64,000 nucleotides of DNA. It comes from Candidatus Heimdallarchaeota archaeon. GTDB lineage: Archaea; Asgardarchaeota; Heimdallarchaeia; Heimdallarchaeales; Heimdallarchaeaceae. Shown one piece after another: positions 30,944 to 41,853 of this stretch. The notes under the pieces were generated by a model that was given only the letters and a program-made list of their open reading frames with translations, did no database searches and had not been told where the DNA came from. How positions within the stretch are numbered: the first letter of the stretch is position 1; each line of letters opens with the position of its first letter. The stretch is from positions 55,850-119,849 of the forward strand of contig JAEOSZ010000066.1 of NCBI GenBank assembly GCA_016840095.1, given 5' to 3'. The translations under genes and the position numbers were made by a program.

Positions 30944-31765
30944 ATGGAGAAAGTGATGAAAGATTTAGTATTTGAGATAATTGGAGACATTCTAATAATC
31001 AGAGAAGATACGGATGAAATCTCTTTGAAAGAATTTGCAGAAGAAAAAATCCAAAAACATCCATTTATCAAATCTGTTTTACTTCAAACTTCTAAAATTC
31101 AAGGACAGGAGCGAAAAAGAGATCTAAAATATGTTATGGGGGAGAAAAAATCGGAAACAACCCATAAAGAACATGGAAATTCCTTCTTAGTTGATTTATC
31201 AGAAGTATTTTTTTCCCCACGTTTGAGCTATGAGAGACAAAGAGTTGCAGATTCAGTTGAGAAAAATGAAATAATTCTAAACTTCTTTTCAGGAGTTGGT
31301 CCTTTCAGTATTGCTATAGCTTCAAAATGCAAATCATGTGTTATACACAGCATTGAAATAAATAAAGCAGCATATGATTATCTTATCAGAAACATCGAAT
31401 TAAACAAGTGCCAACATGAAGTTATTCCATATCTAGGAGATGCTTTTGATATAGTTCCAAAAATGTTTATAGGTAGCGTTAACAGAGTTTTACTTCCTCT
31501 ACCTTTAGATTCAGACAAGGCCCTTCCAATAGCCCATCAATCATTACAAAATGGAAGCGGCATTATTCATTGGCAAATTACTGAGAAAACCAGTTTAAAG
31601 AAAATCGACAAGAATATTATAAATAACAGAATCAAAAATATCCCTTATTTTTCTAACAACTCTATAAATTATGAAATTACTGAATTAAGATTGATAAGAT
31701 GGTTAGGACCAAAGATAGCACATATTGCCGTAGATTTGAGTTTCATAGCTCGTGAACACTACTGA
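30944..31765 (+). CDS. Trm5/Taw2-family tRNA modification SAM-dependent transferase
   Basis: T.HKEHG, VFFSPRL..ER.R and FSGVGPFSI motifs. Confidence 0.88.
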   Translation: MEKVMKDLVFEIIGDILIIREDTDEISLKEFAEEKIQKHPFIKSVLLQTSKIQGQERKRDLKYVMGEKKSETTHKEHGNSFLVDLSEVFFSPRLSYERQRVADSVEKNEIILNFFSGVGPFSIAIASKCKSCVIHSIEINKAAYDYLIRNIELNKCQHEVIPYLGDAFDIVPKMFIGSVNRVLLPLPLDSDKALPIAHQSLQNGSGIIHWQITEKTSLKKIDKNIINNRIKNIPYFSNNSINYEITELRLIRWLGPKIAHIAVDLSFIAREHY

Positions 31766-32174
31766 CATAATCTGCAAATTCTTCAAGTTCTTTAAAGTGT
31801 TTTTCAGAAGTAAAAATAAACTCATTTGAACTATCTATATCATATAAGATCTGTAAGATATCCTGAAGAAATACTTTCTTACTACTAATCAAGATATCAA
31901 AATTAGCAATTAAGCATACAGTATTCTTTAAAGCATTCAAAGCATCAAAAAATGTATTCATAACACTGTCCTTATCATTCCTAGATTCAACCGTAATATA
32001 AGGAATATTTACTTCTTCAAAATTTGTAGTTAAAGAGAAGTGGTCATCAATTAATATTATTGATACAAGTTTTGAGTGTCCTTTGGCCCTTAAAATAGTT
32101 CCTAATCCCACAAGAAATGCTTTTTCTCTGTCACCAAAATAATAGTGGACTAAGGAAAGATTAGTCATAAACAT
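31743..32174 (-). CDS. Hypothetical protein (degenerate P-loop/CobO-like)
   Basis: Starts VHYYFG..EKA..G...RAKGH and ends L.E.ADYVS; both are reminiscent of CobO/BtuR. Weak call. Confidence 0.4.
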   Translation of the reverse strand: MFMTNLSLVHYYFGDREKAFLVGLGTILRAKGHSKLVSIILIDDHFSLTTNFEEVNIPYITVESRNDKDSVMNTFFDALNALKNTVCLIANFDILISSKKVFLQDILQILYDIDSSNEFIFTSEKHFKELEEFADYVSSVHEL

Positions 32175-32181
32175 CTACTTA

Positions 32182-33588
32182 CTAATTTGATTGGCTTCGT
32201 AACTTTGTTAAATATCGTTTATAACCATCTAGAGTGTCTTCAACTCTTAGCATGTGTCTTTCAGCTTTAATACGCAATTCCTGCCATTCTTCTTCATCTA
32301 TTTTTTCTGAATTAAGAGCATGTTCAAGCTGCTGTATTCTCTCTACTGCTTTTTGTCTTCTTGTTTCTAGATGTTTAATTACATTTTCAATATCTTCAAA
32401 CTGAACTGGTGCTGCATCAACCTCGCCTGCCTCTTCTTCAATAATTTTAGTAAGAGCGGACTTTTCATCTGTTTCAATATCTTTATCCTTTGATACATGA
32501 GCAATTGTTTCTTTTATTGTTGATACAAAATCAGCTGCTGTCTCTCTATGTTCAGGTGTTGACAATACATTGCTTAATCGGGAAACAGAAGTACGAAATT
32601 CTTGAACTTCAACAATTTCCTCTTCACTTAAACCTTCTTCAGTAATTATTCCTTCTTCAATAGTAGGAGTGCTTATTGGTGTAGTTTCCCCTTCTTCATC
32701 ACTTATAGACATGAGTTTTTCTGTTAGTGGGGATATTACACTATCGTCTCCAGGATCTAGAGCAGATAATAAGTTAGCTAGTTCTTTCAGAGCTTCTTGT
32801 TCAGATTCAATATTTTGCATGAAAGGTTCTTGCTCAAATTCATATTGGGATGCAAGTTCTATACCTTCAATCAAATCCTTAGCATCATCAACCATAGCTT
32901 TGTCAGGTTTTTTAGTTACTTCTTCAACCGCTTCTAATGGTTCAGGTTCAATAGGAACTGATTCAACTTCAACTTCTTCAATAATTTCAGGTTCTGTAAG
33001 TTCCTCAATTTCTGGTTTTTCAGTTTCGGTTTCAAGTTGTTCCTCAAAAACTTCAACATTAGTTTGAGGTTGTTTCTTTTCCTCTGTTATTTTGATAGGT
33101 TTTTGTTTAGATGGTTCAGGTTCAATGATTTGAATGCCATCTTTTTGGAGTTGAATCAATGCTGAAGTTTGATGTTTTATTTTCTTGATTTCTTCACTTA
33201 TAGAATTGATTTGAAACTCCAAAGTCTCAAGTTTTGCATTAACAAACTGTAGTTTATCTTCTTCAGTTCCACTGAATCTATGATACTCAATTTGCAGCAT
33301 ATTAGCATATGTTATAACATTATAAACTGTATCAATCATTTCTGGCAATTCTCGAAACCAAGGTCCTGCACTATCGAATTTCAGAAGAACATCCTTTGCT
33401 GTTGAGAAATGTTTTTCGTATTCTTTCTGTTGTTCTGGAGGAAGACATGTCTTAACAAATGAAGAAAGTGTTGCTAAATTTGTGATAAGATGTGCTTTGA
33501 CATCCTCCTCTTCTTCTGGGTTGAATCTACCTTTCAAAACACCCCAGAACATTTTTTTGATTTCTTCAATTGCTTTTTCAAGACTCAT
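32182..33588 (-). CDS. Hypothetical acidic coiled-coil protein
   Basis: 468-aa ORF with an E/P-rich disordered middle and helical termini. Confidence 0.6.
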   Translation of the reverse strand: MSLEKAIEEIKKMFWGVLKGRFNPEEEEDVKAHLITNLATLSSFVKTCLPPEQQKEYEKHFSTAKDVLLKFDSAGPWFRELPEMIDTVYNVITYANMLQIEYHRFSGTEEDKLQFVNAKLETLEFQINSISEEIKKIKHQTSALIQLQKDGIQIIEPEPSKQKPIKITEEKKQPQTNVEVFEEQLETETEKPEIEELTEPEIIEEVEVESVPIEPEPLEAVEEVTKKPDKAMVDDAKDLIEGIELASQYEFEQEPFMQNIESEQEALKELANLLSALDPGDDSVISPLTEKLMSISDEEGETTPISTPTIEEGIITEEGLSEEEIVEVQEFRTSVSRLSNVLSTPEHRETAADFVSTIKETIAHVSKDKDIETDEKSALTKIIEEEAGEVDAAPVQFEDIENVIKHLETRRQKAVERIQQLEHALNSEKIDEEEWQELRIKAERHMLRVEDTLDGYKRYLTKLRSQSN

Positions 33589-33590
33589 GA

Positions 33591-34604
33591 TTAAAACCCT
33601 AGATTAATCGTTCTTCGTTTTGTGAAATCGGGAAGTAATGAAGGTTCCACATAAACTTTATCTGTTTTCAAGTCATCCTTCAATTGAATAACTACATCGA
33701 GTTTATCTTTTGAATCAACATTCCAGAAGTACAAGGAAGGTTTTATTCCAGATCGGGAATACTCATCCAATACTGAAAATGAACCTACTAAATGTTGATA
33801 TTCAGGGGTGTTCTTTGCTGGAAATATTTCGCTCCAAGGATTAACATGAATTATTATGTTGTTAGTGATTTTTGCTAATTCTGTGATATTTTGACCAAAG
33901 AACTCATTAGCACCTGTAATAAAACCTGTTTCTCTATCTGCTTTAAGTACAATTGAGATATCGATATTTTTGATTCCTTTCACAGAATCTGTAATTTCCT
34001 TCAAAGTTTGGTTAACATAAGTAGACCTCTCGTCATTCCAATTTATCATTAAGTCTCTTGATTCAAGATATTCAAAACTAAAATCTCTTTCAATGTTCCA
34101 CTTGCTAGCAAACAATCTTCTGCACCTATCACAGAAACAGGTCTTTTTACTAGCTAACATTAGGTCATCTAAGATTAAACCTTCAATAGGATATTGGGCA
34201 ACTTCTGATGCTATAGCTGCTGAGTATTTAACCATATTTTCTTGGCTGGGGCAAGCGTATGAATCGATTTTTGCTCCATCACTGCTGTTTAGTTGAAAAT
34301 CAGCGTTTTGTGAAAGAAAATTGTCGCCATGAACATAAGTGATTGCATCCACTTTAATTCCCATGTTATCTGCAATGGTACAAAATGAATGAAAGAATAC
34401 ACCATTGATATTATCTTTTGGAGCGCTAATGCTTTGGTAAAAAGTATATCCTGATCTTCCTTTTGCTACCAAAGAAATTACATCCAGAATATGTCCATAA
34501 TGATCTAAGAAATCATCGGGGTTTGTTTGAATTACAGTTGGATCAACAACCAATATTGCTCCACTTTCTAGTATTTCCTGAAGTATATCTGTCACCATAA
34601 TCAC
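33591..34604 (-). CDS. Putative glycoside-hydrolase-like TIM barrel protein
   Basis: YACPS, YPIEGLILDD and CFCDRCRRLF (GH42/GHL-like Zn motif). Confidence 0.55.
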   Translation of the reverse strand: MIMVTDILQEILESGAILVVDPTVIQTNPDDFLDHYGHILDVISLVAKGRSGYTFYQSISAPKDNINGVFFHSFCTIADNMGIKVDAITYVHGDNFLSQNADFQLNSSDGAKIDSYACPSQENMVKYSAAIASEVAQYPIEGLILDDLMLASKKTCFCDRCRRLFASKWNIERDFSFEYLESRDLMINWNDERSTYVNQTLKEITDSVKGIKNIDISIVLKADRETGFITGANEFFGQNITELAKITNNIIIHVNPWSEIFPAKNTPEYQHLVGSFSVLDEYSRSGIKPSLYFWNVDSKDKLDVVIQLKDDLKTDKVYVEPSLLPDFTKRRTINLGF

Positions 34605-34750
34605 GATGCTATTTTTAATATGATAAACTCATTTCGCCTTATTAAAAGTTTGTTAGAGGATTATCTCTCTTTTCGTTAAAAGGAGAAGTAGAAAAATGAA
34701 AAAAGATATACTTATCTTGAAATTATAAATCTTAAAATTATAGAAATTAA

Positions 34751-35188
34751 TCATTCAGGATTAAGTAGAAGTAATTTAAACTCATCATCAAGTGATCTAG
34801 TTAATGCTTCTTCAGTTTCAATAATTACGAACTCACCTGTTACTGTAATTTTATTGCCAGGTAATAAATGCCCACCAAAAGTATGTCCCTTCGGATCACC
34901 AACTAGCATATGTAAATGAGCTATGTACTCTCCTGTTTCAGCATTCCTTGCAATATTGCCAGTACAATTTAGTATTTCAGCATTGAAATTATAATCGTTT
35001 TTGAGATAGGTTTTCTTATCTAAATCAAAATATCCCAATGAGGGATTGCCAACAGCTCCTATTCCAAGAACTGCACCAGAGACTATTTTGTGCTCTTTAC
35101 AATAAGAGATTACACATTCAAGTATGTCGTCACCTTTCTCTAGTTTAAGATAGTGTACTTCTTTCAATTTGCTAGTTATTGATTTCAT
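34751..35188 (-). CDS. PPC (DUF296) domain protein
   Basis: L..GDDI, GIGAV, EI..CTGNI, HLH and FGGHL motifs. Confidence 0.9.
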   Translation of the reverse strand: MKSITSKLKEVHYLKLEKGDDILECVISYCKEHKIVSGAVLGIGAVGNPSLGYFDLDKKTYLKNDYNFNAEILNCTGNIARNAETGEYIAHLHMLVGDPKGHTFGGHLLPGNKITVTGEFVIIETEEALTRSLDDEFKLLLLNPE

Positions 35189-35387
35189 GAAATAAACAAT
35201 AATTGGTAATAAATAAAATTAGCGGGGCAGATAAATCATCTGTTGATTTTATTAATTGAAATAAATGTTATAAATCAGACACATATTCTGAATCAATCAA
35301 TACAGATAGTAAAGATATATAATTGGTATCTTTTATTAATAGCTAAATACAGTAATTGTGCTTTATAGAATACAGTGAAATAGAAAA

Positions 35388-38165
35388 GTGGGTATATTTC
35401 AAGTGAAAAATGACAAAGGTCTCATGAGTTTTATTCAGGATTCAAAGAAAGTGGATTCAAAAAGTAAAGATGAAGAAGATAGCAAATCACACTCTAAAAC
35501 AAATAAAGATGAAACAGAATCCAACACATCACGAAATTACAGTAGAGGTTTTAACAATAATCAAAAAGAAGAAACTTCTGAAAAAAAAGGGAGTAAGTAT
35601 GTTAATCTTGCTCCAGAGAATTTATCCCCATCTTATCTTATTGATGTGAAATATGATGGTAAAAAAGAACAAGCTTATGTGAAACTGTATAATCCTGAAC
35701 AAAAGAAGGTTTTTAGGTGGTATGATACAACAAATCATTTACCTTATTTACTCACAACAGTAAACAAAACTGAAGTTGACAAAATTCTTTCAAATGAAAA
35801 GGAGTTTGTGGGTTGTGAGGTTGTTAAGAAGTACAGTTTGCTTAATGAAAAAGAATTAACTTTAACAAAAGTATTTGCTGCAAATCCTTTAGTTATTGGT
35901 GGTAGAGAGAATAGTTATAGAGAAAGAATCAGTCCTTCTTTTGAGGCTAATATCAGATATCATTTGAATTATATTTATGATAATAAACTAGTTCCAGGAT
36001 TATTTTATGAAGTTAAAAACAATAAACTCAAAATAGTAGAACCTAAGATTTCTAATGATTTAAAGAATAATATACTTAAGATATTTGAGGGACAATCATC
36101 TGAAATCTTGCAACTTGTAGAACAATATCTTCCAATTTTCTTTGCCCCCATTCCAAGGATAAAAAGATGTTCAGTTGATATTGAAGTGGAAAGTGAGAAA
36201 AACAAAATTCCAGATCCTCATGCAGGTAAACAAAAGGTCATTTCTATTTCAATAACTAACCAAGACAATGAAACTGTAGTTTATGTTCTAAACGAAGATA
36301 AAATAGCGATAAATCAAACCAAGGTTTCAACTAATTTTATAGAATTTGAGAATGAGAAAAATCTGCTAATAGCTGTTTTCGAGGAGATGAGCAAATATCC
36401 TATCGTCGTTACTTTTAATGGGGATAACTTTGATTTCTTGTATCTAGATAACAGAGCAAAAAGATTGGAAATTGAAGAGGAATTAAATCCATTCGTAAGA
36501 ACACGATCTCAGGATATCTATTTGACTCACTCAATACATTTAGATCTCTATAGATTCTTTAGACAGCCAGCTATTCGAATCTATGCTTTTGGAGGGGTTT
36601 ATGATAGAGTTACTCTAGACGAGCTTGGAAAAACTATTTTGAATAAAGAAAAACTCAAACTAGACAAAGACATTTGGGATTTGAGTCTGGAAGAACTCAT
36701 TGAATACAATGGAAGAGACTCAGAAATTACTTATGAATTAACTAGTTACAATAATGATCAAGTTATTGATTTAATAGTAATGCTTTCTCGAATTACAAAA
36801 ATGCCAATAGATGACTTCACTCGAGCTAGTATAAGCATATGGATTCAAAATTGGATGTATTTTGAACATAGAATTAGAAATTATCTGATTCCTAGAAGAG
36901 AAGACATACTCCAATTGAAGGGGGATACTTCAACTGAAGCCATTATTAAAGGAAAGAAGTACCAAGGAGCAATTGTTATAGAACCTCAAGTTGGTGTTTG
37001 GTGGGATGTTCATGTTCTAGATTTTGCAAGTCTATATCCTTCTCTAATAAAAACTAGAAATCTTTCTTATGAAACTCTAAATTGCAGTCATGCAGAATGT
37101 AAGAAGAACAAAATACCAGAAACAAACCATTGGATTTGTGATAAACATGTTGGAATGAGTTCTATGCTAATAGGATTCATCAGAGATATCCGTGTTTACT
37201 GGTTTAAAGACAGAGCAAAAGACCCATCTTTAAGTGAAGATGAAAGAAAGCTTAGTGATGTAACACAGTCCTCTTTGAAGGTTTTACTCAATGCATCATA
37301 TGGAGTCTTCGGTTCAGATAATTTTGCCTTATATTGTCCTCCAGTAGCCGAATCTACTGCAGCACTTGCCCGTGAAGCTATCTCAAAAACTAAGCAATAT
37401 AGTGAAGAAAAACTAGGCTTACAGGTTTTGTATGGAGACACAGATAGTATATTCATTCATAAGCCAACTCCTGAGAACATTAAGGAATTAGAAGAATGGA
37501 GTATGAATACATTCCAAATTGAATTGGGAACCGATTATGTTTTTCGTTATTGTGGTCTTTCAGATAGAAAGAAGAACTATTTTGGTATCACAACTAAGGG
37601 ATATCCTATTGTTAAGGGGCTTATGGGTAAGAAAAAAAATACCCCAACATTAGCAAAAAAACCTTTTGAAAAAGCTCTTGAAATCCTTACTGAAGTGCAA
37701 AATCCACAAGACTTAGAAGATGCAAAGAAAAAGATAGTAAAGACAATACAATTTGTTAACCAGAGTATATCTAAAAGAAATTTTGAACTTGAGGATTTAG
37801 CTATTAGTGTTACTCTTTCTAAAAAGATTGATCAATACGATAGCTGGACGCAACCATTACAAGCTGCAGTTCAACTAATTCTAGCATATCCAGAAGGCGA
37901 AAAACCAACTGTAGGTAGCTTAATTAGCTTTATCAAAACCAAACCATTCAAAATACAAACTCAATCTATCAAATTATCTGATAAACTAAGTAGAGGTGGT
38001 GAATGTTCAGTAAAACCTCTTCAATTGGCTGAAAAATCTGACGTGGATATACCTAAAGTTAAAGAACTACTTAAATCTACATTATTACAACTGCTGGATA
38101 CCATAGGTATTTCCTGGGAAGAATCAATTGAAGGACAAAAATCACTTGATTCTTGGTTTAGTTAA
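35388..38165 (+). CDS. polB: Family B DNA polymerase (PolB1-like) with C-terminal PIP box
   Basis: Exonuclease motifs DIE and FNGDNFD; polymerase motifs DFASLYPS, K..LNASYG, YGDTDS and KKNY; ends QKSLDSWF. No intein. Confidence 0.96.
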   Translation: MGIFQVKNDKGLMSFIQDSKKVDSKSKDEEDSKSHSKTNKDETESNTSRNYSRGFNNNQKEETSEKKGSKYVNLAPENLSPSYLIDVKYDGKKEQAYVKLYNPEQKKVFRWYDTTNHLPYLLTTVNKTEVDKILSNEKEFVGCEVVKKYSLLNEKELTLTKVFAANPLVIGGRENSYRERISPSFEANIRYHLNYIYDNKLVPGLFYEVKNNKLKIVEPKISNDLKNNILKIFEGQSSEILQLVEQYLPIFFAPIPRIKRCSVDIEVESEKNKIPDPHAGKQKVISISITNQDNETVVYVLNEDKIAINQTKVSTNFIEFENEKNLLIAVFEEMSKYPIVVTFNGDNFDFLYLDNRAKRLEIEEELNPFVRTRSQDIYLTHSIHLDLYRFFRQPAIRIYAFGGVYDRVTLDELGKTILNKEKLKLDKDIWDLSLEELIEYNGRDSEITYELTSYNNDQVIDLIVMLSRITKMPIDDFTRASISIWIQNWMYFEHRIRNYLIPRREDILQLKGDTSTEAIIKGKKYQGAIVIEPQVGVWWDVHVLDFASLYPSLIKTRNLSYETLNCSHAECKKNKIPETNHWICDKHVGMSSMLIGFIRDIRVYWFKDRAKDPSLSEDERKLSDVTQSSLKVLLNASYGVFGSDNFALYCPPVAESTAALAREAISKTKQYSEEKLGLQVLYGDTDSIFIHKPTPENIKELEEWSMNTFQIELGTDYVFRYCGLSDRKKNYFGITTKGYPIVKGLMGKKKNTPTLAKKPFEKALEILTEVQNPQDLEDAKKKIVKTIQFVNQSISKRNFELEDLAISVTLSKKIDQYDSWTQPLQAAVQLILAYPEGEKPTVGSLISFIKTKPFKIQTQSIKLSDKLSRGGECSVKPLQLAEKSDVDIPKVKELLKSTLLQLLDTIGISWEESIEGQKSLDSWFS

Positions 38166-38170
38166 GTGGG

Positions 38171-38893
38171 GTGTTTTCACTGCCAGAAGCTACAATGATT
38201 AGAATTTCACAAAAATCCCTCAATATTGAGAGTCTGAATGATTTATACTCAGCTCTTGAGGAAGAACCTGTAACCATAAAAAGATTATTTGACCCTCGTT
38301 TCTCTAGATCCGGAGATGATTTAGTTATTGAAGGAGATATTGACAAAATTCTAGATAAGTTAACTCAAGATCTTCCTCGAATTATTTCTATTAGATTCAA
38401 AACAAATGATCTCAATACAATATTAGAATCGAAGTCAGCATTGAATATTGAACATGGAGATACTAAGATATTCTTTGGTACATCACTCGTTGATTATGAA
38501 CATCTATACTCTAGGCTTCGGATAAATGATAAACCAAAGATACTATCTCTTCTTTTCAGAACCCAATTAGGAGGAAAATTTCTTTCACTAATGCCAGTGA
38601 AAATAAAAGGGGTTGTTGTAACAAATAAAGTTAGTAACACTGTCGAATTTATTCTTCCCTCACAAAGGATTATTACTTTGCGAAGCTGGTTAGATGTCTT
38701 GAAATCTAATTCCAACGTAGATTTTGATACGCTAGTAGATATATTTCGAAAGACTGATCCAAATATGCGAAAGGAGATGGAAGATTCAATGAATTGGATT
38801 AATCTTCAGCTTCCAGAAATAGTAGCTAAATCCTCAGTAATAGAAAATATCGACATAGTTAGAGCCTATCAGAGTACTTTAAACTTAATGTAG
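38171..38893 (+). CDS. Hypothetical protein
   Basis: 240-aa ORF directly after polB; no motif recognised. Confidence 0.55.
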   Translation: MFSLPEATMIRISQKSLNIESLNDLYSALEEEPVTIKRLFDPRFSRSGDDLVIEGDIDKILDKLTQDLPRIISIRFKTNDLNTILESKSALNIEHGDTKIFFGTSLVDYEHLYSRLRINDKPKILSLLFRTQLGGKFLSLMPVKIKGVVVTNKVSNTVEFILPSQRIITLRSWLDVLKSNSNVDFDTLVDIFRKTDPNMRKEMEDSMNWINLQLPEIVAKSSVIENIDIVRAYQSTLNLM

Positions 38894-38967
38894 GCTTGAA
38901 GTTTACTGACACGAAGAGTTAAAGTTAAAAACATTCCTACTTTTTATGCTCTGAAGGAGACAAATCA

Positions 38968-39651
38968 ATGAAAATGAAAAGTAAAATTCTCTTGATAGCA
39001 ACTCTAACATCCTTATTGTTCTATGTTCAATTTGCTAATAGTTATGTCCCAGGACAAACATTGGTAATTGATCAAGTAATTATGGAAGATACTATAGTAG
39101 TAGACACTAACCTTAAAGTTGGAATTTTTGTTAAGAATTTCTTTAACTATACAATTACAAATATCACAGTGTCATTAAATTTAACAAATGATGCTCCTTT
39201 TGTATTCAATTCAAGTTTACTAGGTCAAATTACTAATGGCAATGTAACACTCAATACAACCATTCAATCTCCTTCTGAATTTGGGTACTCACCAGTAAAC
39301 ATCACATATGGATTTATGACAACTGAATACTTAGAATATAATGTAACAATGCTGGAACCAGGAAAGAGTATGATCTTCTACTATAATTTGACCTCTGATA
39401 CAAGTACAAGAAAAACAATTCCCTTTGTAGAAATGACATATTATGACAATTGGGAAGATCTTCAAGAAATAAATGGTCAAAATAATATCTTGGTTGAATT
39501 CATACCAGCAGAAGAAGTGCGAGATCCAGATTTACCACAATGGGATACAGGAAATCCAATATCAACAGCTTGGGCATGGGTTATTTTTGCTTTAGTACCA
39601 GCAGTAACTGCAGGTTTATCCGCATTCTTACTATATTTCAAGAGGAGATAA
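38968..39651 (+). CDS. Type I membrane glycoprotein, TRAP-beta/BatD-like Ig domain
   Basis: Signal peptide, many N-x-S/T sequons, L.PG.S...Y beta strand, C-terminal TM and KRR tail. Confidence 0.55.
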   Translation: MKMKSKILLIATLTSLLFYVQFANSYVPGQTLVIDQVIMEDTIVVDTNLKVGIFVKNFFNYTITNITVSLNLTNDAPFVFNSSLLGQITNGNVTLNTTIQSPSEFGYSPVNITYGFMTTEYLEYNVTMLEPGKSMIFYYNLTSDTSTRKTIPFVEMTYYDNWEDLQEINGQNNILVEFIPAEEVRDPDLPQWDTGNPISTAWAWVIFALVPAVTAGLSAFLLYFKRR

Positions 39652-39682
39652 CAAACAACTTCTCTTTCCTACTCTTTCAATT

Positions 39683-40543
39683 TTATTTTGAATACTGATA
39701 AAATCCCTCTCCAGATTTTCTTCCCAGTTTTCCTTGTTTAACCAAATTCTTTAGTAGTGAACTTGGTTTGTATTGATCTCCATCTTGATTTGTTATATAT
39801 TCTCCAATCTCTAACATAATATCAAGACCAATATAATCTGAAAGCTCAAAAGGTCCCATCGGATGATTAAGCCCAAGTTTTACAGCTGTATCTATGTCTT
39901 CTTTTTTTGCTACTTGAGATTCGATAAGTTTATAGGATTCATTTAGGAAAACCCACAACAATCTATTAACGATAAATCCTGGAGTTTCATTCGAAATAAC
40001 TGGAGTTTTATCTAGTTTTTCGCAGAAATCATTTATCCTTCCAATTGTTTCATCATTGGTTTTTTCTCCTTTAATTACTTCTACTAATTTCATTAACATA
40101 GGTGGATTAAAGAAGTGAAGTCCTATGAACAAATCTTGTCTTTTAGTTGCATTTGCTAAGTCACTAATGCTTATTGCAGAGGTGTTAGTTGCGAAAATTA
40201 CATCCTTCTGACAGATTTCATCAAGTTTAATAAATAATCTTTTTTTTGCCTCAAATTCTTCAATAATTGCTTCAATTACTAGTTGAGTGTCTTTTGTACT
40301 ATCGATTAAATCAGTATTAAGGGAAATTCTGTCTTTGATTTGATGAGCTTCATCTTCAGTCATCTTCTCTCTCTTTATACTACCATTGAGAAATTTGTCG
40401 ATTTGTTCCATTCCTTTTTCTAAATACTCATCCTTAAGATCATTTAGAGTAACTTTGATTCCTGCCTTGGCTAAGACCAACGCTATTCCACTCCCCATTG
40501 TTCCAGATCCAATAACTGCTACTTTATTGAACTTAAAATCCAT
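39683..40543 (-). CDS. 3-hydroxyacyl-CoA (3-hydroxybutyryl-CoA) dehydrogenase
   Basis: GSGTMGSG, EAIIE, TNTS, HFFNP, PGFIVNR and PMGP motifs. Confidence 0.93.
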   Translation of the reverse strand: MDFKFNKVAVIGSGTMGSGIALVLAKAGIKVTLNDLKDEYLEKGMEQIDKFLNGSIKREKMTEDEAHQIKDRISLNTDLIDSTKDTQLVIEAIIEEFEAKKRLFIKLDEICQKDVIFATNTSAISISDLANATKRQDLFIGLHFFNPPMLMKLVEVIKGEKTNDETIGRINDFCEKLDKTPVISNETPGFIVNRLLWVFLNESYKLIESQVAKKEDIDTAVKLGLNHPMGPFELSDYIGLDIMLEIGEYITNQDGDQYKPSSLLKNLVKQGKLGRKSGEGFYQYSK

Positions 40544-40688
40544 ACATGAACTTATTCAGTTTCATTATTTAAGAATTCAGCAAGAAATATGTGAAGATGC
40601 TATTTGTTCTGACATATAGTTTCCAGTAACTGCTTGGTATTACATCGTCTTTTATTGAAATTTCAGAGGTTTACCTTGGTGCTAACTG

Positions 40689-41240
40689 ATGGGGTCTAAA
40701 GTGGAAGTTAAGTTTAGAGATTATGATATTTACAAGTTAGCTATATGTGGTCCTGGAAGATCGGGAAAAACAACTATTTGTAAAAGAATAACTGAAAATA
40801 CTTTTCTAGAGAAATATAGGCCAACAGTTGGAGCAGAGTTCCATTCTTACTCCTTTAAAACACGAAAAGGAAAGGCAGTTGCTCTGTTTTACGATATGGC
40901 AGGACAACAAAGATTTGGTGTTGTAAGGAACCTTCTTTATCCTGGAACAAATGCAGCAGCAATTATTTTCGATGTATCTAGAAAGGAATCATTCAAAGAA
41001 TGCGCAAACTGGATAAGAGAACTTAGACAACAAAACCTTGATCTAGATATTACAATAGTAGGTAATAAGACAGATACTCAAAGAGAGGTTTTAAGAGAAG
41101 ATGCTGAGAGAATTTCTCGAAAACTAGGTTGTAGATATCTTGAAACTTCTGCATTAAATGGAGAAGGTGTTGGAGAATTAGTTAAGACACTTCTTGGGAA
41201 TGCAATAAAGAACCATTCTGTAAGGAATGCTGGAAGATAA
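40689..41240 (+). CDS. Rab-like small GTPase (eukaryotic signature protein)
   Basis: GPGRSGKT, PTVGAEF, DMAGQ, NKTD and ETSA boxes. Confidence 0.9.
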   Translation: MGSKVEVKFRDYDIYKLAICGPGRSGKTTICKRITENTFLEKYRPTVGAEFHSYSFKTRKGKAVALFYDMAGQQRFGVVRNLLYPGTNAAAIIFDVSRKESFKECANWIRELRQQNLDLDITIVGNKTDTQREVLREDAERISRKLGCRYLETSALNGEGVGELVKTLLGNAIKNHSVRNAGR

Positions 41241-41328
41241 GAACCATCAGATTCTCCCAAAAATTCTATCTTTGTCAATTTCTATTCTAAACACAATACT
41301 TTTCAGCGTTTGAATAATTACACAAACA

Positions 41329-41772
41329 ATGATTAAAGGTAAAAGAAGATTATCAAATATCAGAATCTATGTCATGCAATATTCTATCTTTCTGTTCGGT
41401 GGCATTCTTTTAATTGTAGGTCTATACATGTATGACAAGGGAGTTGCTCTCTATGAGGAGAGTGGAATTGATGCCAGAGGATTAGAAATAGCTGGTTTCA
41501 TTACTGCAGGATTAGGTGTTATTTTCTTAATATTATCATATATCTATGCAAGATCAGGAGCCAAAGTAATAGGTAAAAATTGTCCATATTGTTATGGAAC
41601 AGGTTATGTTGATGTAGGACCAAAAAAACAAGCAAGAAAAGATGTTTGTCCAGTTTGTAGTGGTACAGGAATAATGGAAGACAAGGGACTAAAACATCTT
41701 AAGGATGAACAAAATAGACAAGCAAAAGTGAAAGAAGAGGAAGCAGCTACAGGTGTGGAAACAAATAATTGA
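41329..41772 (+). CDS. Two-TM membrane protein with DnaJ-type CxxCxGxG zinc finger
   Basis: CPYCYGTG and CPVCSGTG follow two hydrophobic helices. Confidence 0.7.
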   Translation: MIKGKRRLSNIRIYVMQYSIFLFGGILLIVGLYMYDKGVALYEESGIDARGLEIAGFITAGLGVIFLILSYIYARSGAKVIGKNCPYCYGTGYVDVGPKKQARKDVCPVCSGTGIMEDKGLKHLKDEQNRQAKVKEEEAATGVETNN

Positions 41773-41853
41773 ATGAAAAAAAATTCTATCCCATAGACTA
41801 GTGCCAAAACCTTTAGTCAAGCTTTAAAAACGATTAATCTAATTCTTCAGATA

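Noticed and set aside
35388-38165. Intein or casposon-type PolB
   Set aside because: The catalytic motifs are uninterrupted, a cellular-type PIP box is present, and there is no cas1 or terminal repeat.
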